Positions 57,322 to 64,000 of a stretch of 64,000 bases of DNA are shown here, piece by piece. Both the position numbers and the translations under genes were made by a program. How positions within the stretch are numbered: position 1 is the stretch's first letter; every line of letters begins with the position of its first letter. The notes beneath the pieces were generated by a model. The model was not told the DNA's origin and did no database searches. It saw only the letters and a list, made by a program, of their open reading frames with translations. Location of the stretch: positions 1 to 64,000 of IMG/VR virus record IMGVR_UViG_3300030385_002649; one strand, given 5' to 3'.

Positions 57322-57438
57322 CTAGAGTTTCTCCAACAACATTAGATTCTGGATTCAACTCAGTGAGAACCTGGCACAGTAACCTCATCAGAAACTGGCA
57401 CAAAAGCAGTATAATTAGGAGAGGGTTCAGGAGGAAAC

Positions 57439-57723
57439 ATGGGTGGTTTCAATAAACGTTTTAAAAGAAAATGGCACAGCAACCGAATTCGACAATATGG
57501 TATCCTTATACACAAGTTCAGTGGGAAAGGTTTTACAGTTCCAACAGAAAACACGAGAACGATCTCAAGACTCTGGTATAGTCATCACGTTTTTGAAGAC
57601 ATATTCATGCACGACTTGGTGCACGGAATCGACAGGAGCACGAAAAAATGGTGGCGAAAACAAGAAGAAATGATCCGAGAAAAATTTGGTTTAGCCGACA
57701 CATTAGAATCTTCCGTGCTTTAG
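57439..57723 (+). CDS. Hypothetical protein
   Basis: AGGAGG RBS. Confidence 0.6.
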   Translation: MGGFNKRFKRKWHSNRIRQYGILIHKFSGKGFTVPTENTRTISRLWYSHHVFEDIFMHDLVHGIDRSTKKWWRKQEEMIREKFGLADTLESSVL

Positions 57724-57957
57724 ACCTAATGGCTGAGGCAGCAGCGGAACTGAATAAATGAAACCCGTGCCCCGCACTTGGTGCAGCCAAATGATCGCTC
57801 TAAACGAGTGGATCTTAAGAATGAAGTACGTCCCAACTTACGAAGACTGAGTATCTGCGCCATCTTACCATTACCACAAGGAGAACGATTATGTCCGACC
57901 AAAAAGACGATGAAGAGATCGAATTGAAAAACGGGTCACCAACATTGAGCATTTCTA

Positions 57958-58182
57958 TTGAAACTCCGAATAATGCCTGTTGACTTACGGCCAGGAACGT
58001 CTAGAGAAGAAATTTGTAGATGTGATCATTGCGTGGATGAACATCACTGGATAAGCGATTATGCCATTGAAGGGCCATGTGAAATTTCGTTGTATGATGA
58101 CAAAGTAAAATGCTCATGTCTTTATTTCGGCCCGTGGTACTCATCAATAATCTATGAAGAATATGAAGAAGAGGTAACATGA
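57958..58182 (+). CDS. Small CRCxH-x4-H Cys/His protein, family member 3
   Basis: CRCDHCVDEH...KCSCLYFGPWYS. Confidence 0.6.
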   Translation: MKLRIMPVDLRPGTSREEICRCDHCVDEHHWISDYAIEGPCEISLYDDKVKCSCLYFGPWYSSIIYEEYEEEVT

Positions 58183-58290
58183 TGTTAAGAGCATGGTTTA
58201 GTTTTCTAGTTTGGTATGATAATGAGGCGTACCACAATAACGCTTACGCGGACATGGAGTATTAATGAATAAACGAGAACGATTAATCTA

Positions 58291-58632
58291 TTGCAACTGG
58301 AGAAAGAAATGATGTATGAAACGGATGGTGGGTGGACTGTAATTGGAAACGTTGCAGTTGACACTGGACGATTGACGATTGCTGACCCTTGCAATTTTAG
58401 TAAGGTGACAAACGCTCATGGTGACGAAGGACATCCTGGCACGATACAAGCTCTAAGTAGGCGTTTCATTCGCTCAGACCATGAGATTGATGTGGGCATT
58501 ACATTTAACACCGGATTTGGTGATGGGTGTTATGAAGTTATGGCCCGATATGACAAATCCTCACCTGATTGGGGAAACCGAATCGCCGAAATTCGGATCG
58601 TGTTTATCCCAGAGGACGAAAATGACAGCTGA
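58291..58632 (+). CDS. Hypothetical phage protein
   Basis: IGNVAVDTGRLTIADP...TGFGDGCYEV. Confidence 0.65.
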   Translation: MQLEKEMMYETDGGWTVIGNVAVDTGRLTIADPCNFSKVTNAHGDEGHPGTIQALSRRFIRSDHEIDVGITFNTGFGDGCYEVMARYDKSSPDWGNRIAEIRIVFIPEDENDS

Positions 58633-58885
58633 AGAAATGATCACTGATGGTGAATACGTATGATTGTGTCAGTTAATGACTGGAATCTTCATCTAAGATT
58701 TTATGAAATTGAGGAGGAAAAATTCACAGAAATGATGAGCCTTCTTAGAAATGACAGAAGAAAATTTTTCAACAAAAACACGAAGATGGCTAAAGTTCAC
58801 TGTGATTCTGATGCGGATTGGCACCCCCCCCCAATCTACACTAACCGTGATGAGGAATGGGACGAATTTGAAGAGGAGTGGAACA

Positions 58886-59143
58886 ATGACTGCTAAAATT
58901 ACAATTGTCAACATGTACACCAAGGTAAAAGACCGTGGGGCCGCAGTTGTTAACACCACAAGTAAATCCGAGTCGGACTGGCAGTCCGATCCTAGCCCAT
59001 TTAAGATCGGATTGTGTAGGTGTGGTCATCTTCGTGGTGACCACAGTCAAGAACAAAAAGAGTCCGATTGCCTTGAACGCTGTGATTGCCAGCATTTTAA
59101 TAGATGGCTTTCTTGGTGGATTTGGGTGACATCTATTTATTAA
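58886..59143 (+). CDS. Small CRCxH-x4-H Cys/His protein, family member 4
   Basis: GAGGAG RBS; CRCGHLRGDH...CLERCDCQHFNRWLS. Confidence 0.65.
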   Translation: MTAKITIVNMYTKVKDRGAAVVNTTSKSESDWQSDPSPFKIGLCRCGHLRGDHSQEQKESDCLERCDCQHFNRWLSWWIWVTSIY

Positions 59144-59225
59144 CAATTCAATGATCAAGTGACATTTTAACGGTTATGTCGCTTGTATTTTACAAATCAA
59201 CCGTCAATTTGAAAGAGGTGTTTTT

Positions 59226-59612
59226 ATGGCTCGTACGCCAAACCAGTGGAATTTTGCAAGTACTCGTATTCTTAACCAACTGATCGGTGATTTCGGTCAA
59301 GATGAGCTTGCGCTGAGACTTGGTGTGTCTTATACCACTGTTCGCAACTGGACTAAGGGTTCGATTCCTTCGGATCGTTTCCAAATCGCTATGGCCAACT
59401 TGACGCAACCCGTTAAGAAGACCAATATCGGTTCGGTTCCGGCCAGGATTGCGAATTACTTGAAGGCCACTAAGGTGACCCGTGAGGACTTTGCTACTCT
59501 CGTCGGCAAGTCGGAAACGACCGTGACCAATTGGATCAACAGGAAGAGCAATCCGCGCTCCTTGAAGAACCTGAACTTGGTTCTTCAGAACCCCCGTCCT
59601 TTTAGCGAGTAG
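59226..59612 (+). CDS. Tandem double XRE-type helix-turn-helix regulator
   Basis: QDELALRLGVSYTTVRNW and TREDFATLVGKSETTVTNW; GAGG RBS. Confidence 0.85.
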   Translation: MARTPNQWNFASTRILNQLIGDFGQDELALRLGVSYTTVRNWTKGSIPSDRFQIAMANLTQPVKKTNIGSVPARIANYLKATKVTREDFATLVGKSETTVTNWINRKSNPRSLKNLNLVLQNPRPFSE

Positions 59613-59623
59613 TCCCCCAACCA

Positions 59624-59670
59624 ACGACGATACCCCGCACACACTTTATTGTGACGCGGGGTATCGTCGT
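59624..59670 (+). terminator. 15-bp stem hairpin after the HTH gene
   Basis: ACGACGATACCCCGC...GCGGGGTATCGTCGT. Confidence 0.6.
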
Positions 59671-59694
59671 ATTTGAAAGGTCGGAGGCTGCGGC

Positions 59695-60105
59695 GTGCCA
59701 AAAACCGAAGAAGTTAATCCAAAGAATTTTCTAAGTATAGGATGGGAAGAAAAACGTGGAACACTGACGAGGGTAACGACAATTGAATCGGCAAGGATTA
59801 GAAGTCTAGCTTCAATTGTTAAAAACAACATTATCAAAGAAGAAGCTTATGGCGATGTACGGCCATGGTTCTTGTTTGATTGCACCGCCCCAGGATGGAA
59901 CGGTGCTAAGTTTTGGCTATTATCGGACGGGGAAGAATGGCACGGAGTAGACGAATACGTCGCAGGTCACTTCCGTGTAACAAACAACCTTCGCCCGAAA
60001 AATTCAGTCAACTTACGCCACTTATCAGCATTCGACAAAGGAATGCTCCAAAAAATGATAAGAAGTTTCATAAGGGCAAAAAGTGAAAAGAAAAGTATGG
60101 TTTAG
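59695..60105 (+). CDS. Hypothetical protein
   Basis: ORF track. Confidence 0.6.
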   Translation: MPKTEEVNPKNFLSIGWEEKRGTLTRVTTIESARIRSLASIVKNNIIKEEAYGDVRPWFLFDCTAPGWNGAKFWLLSDGEEWHGVDEYVAGHFRVTNNLRPKNSVNLRHLSAFDKGMLQKMIRSFIRAKSEKKSMV

Positions 60106-60271
60106 CAAAACGATATGCGTTCTAAATTTTGTAAATGAAGATGACGCTAAAGACATAAAATACTTCTACAATTACAAGCTTAGGAAAAACAACAGCCGTT
60201 ATGTTGACAGGCGAATTGAATTGCTCTTAGACGCAATAATATTACACAAAGACATACAGGACAAATGAATC

Positions 60272-60913
60272 ATGTTGACAAAGCTGCAAGTAAGATGTCC
60301 TGACAAACCGATCAGGATCGCACAAGACCAACTAGAAATGATGAACCAATTAGGAGGGTACATCGCAACGGCCAAATACGACGGATGGAGGACAATCGTC
60401 GACTGGACAGGAAGCCAAGTGGGGTTCTTCTCCCGCAGAGGAATGTCCAAAGGAGGGCCAACTGAAATCCCAGTAAGCGAAAAGATCGCCGAAGACACCA
60501 AGACATTCCTGATTGACAACAAAATCCCAGCTGACACACGGTTAGACGCCGAGTGGCTCGGACGACGTCATGACGGGAAAGAACAACTGTTCATCTTCGG
60601 AGTTCAATTCTACAACGGATCCTGGGTTGGAAGTGACCCGGAAAGGATCCGTTGGGAGATAGTAAAAGGGCTCTCATACAACTCCGATCTAGTCCAACTA
60701 GCTGAAAACTCTGAGTCCTCTTATGACGAGTTTTTTCAAAAGTTGAAAAATGATGACTTGAAGCGCAATGAGGACTCGTGGATCCTTGAGGGCATTGTCC
60801 TTAAGCACGAGTCTAGTTCTCTTCTTGGCAACATTATGGAGAGTAAGAAAAACGGCATGTGGTTCAAAACCAAATGGCGTGACGGAGCTACAGGAAAGGT
60901 AGAGACATTTTGA
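60272..60913 (+). CDS. Stand-alone ATP-dependent ligase adenylation domain
   Basis: KYDG (motif I), FFSRRG, DAEW (III), EGIVLK (IV), WFKTK (V); only 213 aa, no OB domain. Confidence 0.75.
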   Translation: MLTKLQVRCPDKPIRIAQDQLEMMNQLGGYIATAKYDGWRTIVDWTGSQVGFFSRRGMSKGGPTEIPVSEKIAEDTKTFLIDNKIPADTRLDAEWLGRRHDGKEQLFIFGVQFYNGSWVGSDPERIRWEIVKGLSYNSDLVQLAENSESSYDEFFQKLKNDDLKRNEDSWILEGIVLKHESSSLLGNIMESKKNGMWFKTKWRDGATGKVETF

Positions 60914-61488
60914 ATAAATTCTTAAAAGACTGCGAGTATTGTGAAGACAACAAAGCCGTATTCTTGAAGCACACTTATTCGGGCAGACCTCTTCGGTGGT
61001 TTTGTGAAAAATGCTCTCTGATAGAAAAAGAGAGTGATTGGCGGTGTCCGAATGACGCCTGGGAGAAGCTAGACCTTACCAAAGAAGCAAGCGGGCGAGC
61101 TAAGAAGGTGATTGAAGGTTTCAATAGTCGCCGCCATGAACTTCTTGATCTGGAGCTTGAGCGTGACTTGGACATCGAGGAGACAAAAGAACTTCTGGGT
61201 CTTCAACGGCATTATGAAGAAGCTGTGAGTGTTGCTTATCCAGTAGACAGGACTGTTGTTGACAGGTTGATGAACAAGCTTGATCAGATCCAAGCACGGC
61301 TAACCGACGACGACGACGACGAGGCGGAAGACAGCACCACATGTGGAGACTGTGGTGGGTTTCCACCAATCTGGGTAAGACAAACTCAATTCGCTGGTAA
61401 TCATTACTTCTGCCAAATGGACGCTGAAAAACAGAAGGATTTTCAAAGTTCACATCCCTCTTACTACCAATGGAAAAAGATCTTATGA
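60910..61488 (+). CDS. Hypothetical protein with Zn-ribbons
   Basis: CEYC, CEKC, CGDCG. Confidence 0.6.
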   Translation: MNKFLKDCEYCEDNKAVFLKHTYSGRPLRWFCEKCSLIEKESDWRCPNDAWEKLDLTKEASGRAKKVIEGFNSRRHELLDLELERDLDIEETKELLGLQRHYEEAVSVAYPVDRTVVDRLMNKLDQIQARLTDDDDDEAEDSTTCGDCGGFPPIWVRQTQFAGNHYFCQMDAEKQKDFQSSHPSYYQWKKIL

Positions 61489-61700
61489 CAAAGAAAGACT
61501 TGATAAACGCCTTGTCAGAATTCGACGATGACTTAGAAATAAGGCTAGAAATTACCAACTCAGAAAGTGTCGATGACATTCTTATCTCAGATGTAGGAGA
61601 CATGGAAATGTCGTCATGCAATGGCAAGCTCTATATTGGCGCATACTATACGTATAATCCGGATGATTATGATTCCAGAGGATTTTTAAAGAGGTTCTAA
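61470..61700 (+). CDS. Hypothetical protein
   Basis: MTKKDLINALSEFDDDLEI. Confidence 0.6.
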   Translation: MEKDLMTKKDLINALSEFDDDLEIRLEITNSESVDDILISDVGDMEMSSCNGKLYIGAYYTYNPDDYDSRGFLKRF

Positions 61701-62240
61701 TCGATGGCCAAATTCAAGTGGTTTCGAAGCAATAGCGACCGTTACTTTTTCGAGTACCATTTGGAGAAAAACTGGTCTAGTGAAGAGTTTCTAAAAGGGT
61801 TGATAACACAGGCTGTCTCCGCTTTTTATCTTGGGAACAATGGCAATATTTATAAACAATTCATAAAAAACGAAAGGGGTCATACGAGAATGTGGTTTTC
61901 TTATATGATCAGCGCCAGTGGCTTCTGAGGGTTTCTGGTGGTGGACCTTTGACGGCAATAACTTTTATAAATATCGATACCCATGGAAACCACACGGCGA
62001 CGTGTTTTACACGGCTGACATGGTCACATCTGGCACGACGATTATAAAAACAAGATCCGGATGCCTTACTGACAAAATCTGGTATTCAGCACTTTTAGGA
62101 GCCAACAATATACAATGAATATGTATGATTACAACAACGAAGGTAAAATGCACCTCTAGCCGATATCATTCGAGGCTGGCTTCAAGAGACCTGTCCTGAC
62201 TTAACCGTAGTTAAAAACGTCTACGCTAAGCTCCACCTCA

Positions 62241-62275
62241 AATCAACAATCAACAATCAACAATCAACAATCAAA
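62241..62275 (+). repeat. 7-bp tandem repeat (AATCAAC)x4 plus a near-copy
   Basis: Directly visible, intergenic. Confidence 0.95.
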
Positions 62276-62600
62276 GAGCATGACTGGCTTCACCTTAACA
62301 TAATTGTCAGCAGAGCAACGCTCAACCCCAAGATTATGATCACTGTGGATCGTGATGGCGATGACGAAGTCATGTATTTTCACGAGTTTGTGATTATTGG
62401 AGACGGAATCAAGGACTGTAACAATCCTGATGACATCAATTTCGCTTACGACGACGCTTTTCTTGACCGATTTAAGGTTGAGATCGATAAGATCGTAAGC
62501 GGAGAATGGTTCGACCAATCCGGGGTCGACGCTGTATCTTGACGCTTGGGACTTTCCGTGTTCCAATTTTCTTTCACTTCCAACCCCAAGAGGGTAATCA

Positions 62601-63065
62601 ATGACTACTGCTAAAATGACCAACGTTGCTGTGGGCCAAGTGTGGTATTGTAACGAGGGCTCAGGCACTCGTTACATCGAAATCACAGGTGTCGTCCCAG
62701 GACAAAGCGTCCGATACACAACTTACGCTAAATGGGCCTGGCCTGACCGTAAGCGTTATCCGACCGACTCCACCATGAAAACGCAATCGTTGATCGCTAG
62801 CTATAAGTTGGCAACTTCGATTCAAGTGGCAACTTTGTTGCGCCGTCAACCGGTGACCGGAACCAAGACTGCTGGCGCTCCTCCGTATGACGCTGCTCGC
62901 CACGTCGCAGCCGAAATGATATCTATCAATAAAAAGCTGGGCGTTATCGGCCAAAACCAAGCTCAATTTCGGGCTGACTTCGCAAACACCATGAAGCGTC
63001 TGCATGACAAACAGAACCGACTTGAAGAGAAGCTCGACAGCCTTCTCGAATCCCTTGGAGGGTAA
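62601..63065 (+). CDS. Hypothetical protein
   Basis: ORF track. Confidence 0.65.
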   Translation: MTTAKMTNVAVGQVWYCNEGSGTRYIEITGVVPGQSVRYTTYAKWAWPDRKRYPTDSTMKTQSLIASYKLATSIQVATLLRRQPVTGTKTAGAPPYDAARHVAAEMISINKKLGVIGQNQAQFRADFANTMKRLHDKQNRLEEKLDSLLESLGG

Positions 63066-63067
63066 TC

Positions 63068-63349
63068 ATGAGAGACACAATGCAAGACCCAATCGTACGG
63101 TACACGTGCGATTGGTGTAAAAAGGTCGACTACGTTCGGAATCTTAAGGACGTCTATAAGAAAACCAGTCCAGAGACGTGGGTTCACAACAACGGGGAGG
63201 GGCCAGGAGAGGATTTCTGCTCCTCCGGGTGTCGATCACAGTCTGAAGTCGCCTGGGAGCAAGGAATAGACGCTGCTCTTAACGCTCAGACTGACAAATG
63301 GGAGACGATCCGAATAGCTAGCGCGCTGGAGCGTCGAGCCTTCAAATGA
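63068..63349 (+). CDS. Hypothetical protein with Cys motifs
   Basis: CDWC...DFCSSGC; GGAGG RBS. Confidence 0.6.
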   Translation: MRDTMQDPIVRYTCDWCKKVDYVRNLKDVYKKTSPETWVHNNGEGPGEDFCSSGCRSQSEVAWEQGIDAALNAQTDKWETIRIASALERRAFK

Positions 63350-63567
63350 GCAACATGACTACTAATACAAAGACTGATATGCTTAAACTGTTACGACCTG
63401 ATTGGACCGAAGAGGATCTTGCAGTTCATGGCCCTAATTGTAGGTGCGGACATAGCATTTACAACCATGAGGGCGGTCAATGGCCTATGGAACAATGTTG
63501 TTATCTTGATTGCGATTGTATTACCAACGCTACGTGGTTATCAAGCACGATTAAATGGGAGGCTTAA
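63346..63567 (+). CDS. Small CRCxH-x4-H Cys/His protein, family member 5
   Basis: CRCGHSIYNH...CDCITNATWLS. Confidence 0.65.
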   Translation: MSNMTTNTKTDMLKLLRPDWTEEDLAVHGPNCRCGHSIYNHEGGQWPMEQCCYLDCDCITNATWLSSTIKWEA

Positions 63568-63620
63568 TATTTATTTTGTTTATGATAAGTATTTAACAAT
63601 TAACCAAAGGAATAATTCCT

Positions 63621-64000
63621 ATGAAACTGGAATCAAGACCATACCAGGAACGGATCCACGCTAAAGCGTTGGGTTTCCTGGAGACTGACACCGGTAACGT
63701 AACCAACTCCGTAATGATCGAATCCCCCACAGGGTCCGGCAAAACCATTATGGGGTTGAAACTTGTCCAGCACCTAGCTGAGCAAGGTATGAACATTGGG
63801 TGGGTTGCGCACAGACGCGAACTTCTCAAACAAGCGATGGGCGCTAACAGGGACTTCTTTGGAATCGAAGGAGTTGAGTATATCTCGCTGTTTACTCGTC
63901 AACCACAGCAATACGCCCATTGCGACGTGATCGTGGTTGACGAGTGCCAGCACGACGCTAGCAAAACAGCAACAATGCTGCACGACGTGATCCGTCCTAA
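63621..64000 (+). CDS. SF2 (DEAD/DEAH-like) helicase, 3'-truncated
   Basis: RPYQ, ESPTGSGKT, VAHRRELLKQ, IVVDECQH; runs off the window end. Confidence 0.85.
   Translation, partial: MKLESRPYQERIHAKALGFLETDTGNVTNSVMIESPTGSGKTIMGLKLVQHLAEQGMNIGWVAHRRELLKQAMGANRDFFGIEGVEYISLFTRQPQQYAHCDVIVVDECQHDASKTATMLHDVIRP

Noticed and set aside
1-64000. Stop-codon reassignment (alternative genetic code)
   Set aside because: Long conserved genes (rIIA, purZ, AAA ATPases) are intact in code 11; TAA, TAG and TGA all end coupled genes; no suppressor tRNA.

Overview
This 64-kb window looks like the accessory/early region of a large, probably jumbo-type, tailed-phage genome. It carries well over 100 tightly packed, mostly short genes, almost all on the + strand. 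Recognisable phage-type genes include an rIIA/rIIB pair, a MoxR-AAA and VWA/DUF2201 pair, GroES, thioredoxin, TrmH, HAD phosphatases, ligase-fold proteins, three tRNAs and two AT-rich homing-endonuclease-like genes. No capsid, tail, terminase, integrase or polymerase gene was recognised. Highlights: (1) an apparently complete ubiquitin-like conjugation operon at 7.0-12.7 kb, with two near-identical beta-grasp Ubl genes ending in ...QKG, an E2-like protein fused to a 17-Cys cluster, a JAB/JAMM peptidase and a ThiF/E1. (2) An adenylosuccinate-synthetase homolog with PurZ rather than PurA signature residues, hinting at 2-aminoadenine (Z) DNA. (3) The decamer AGCCAAGTGG, found 13 times on the + strand and not found on the - strand, in two reading frames and in intergenic DNA. 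(4) A 27-nt intergenic motif found three times that folds as an H-type pseudoknot with compensatory changes. (5) A dispersed five-member family of small Cys/His proteins. All family assignments come from motif recognition by eye; no database searches were run.
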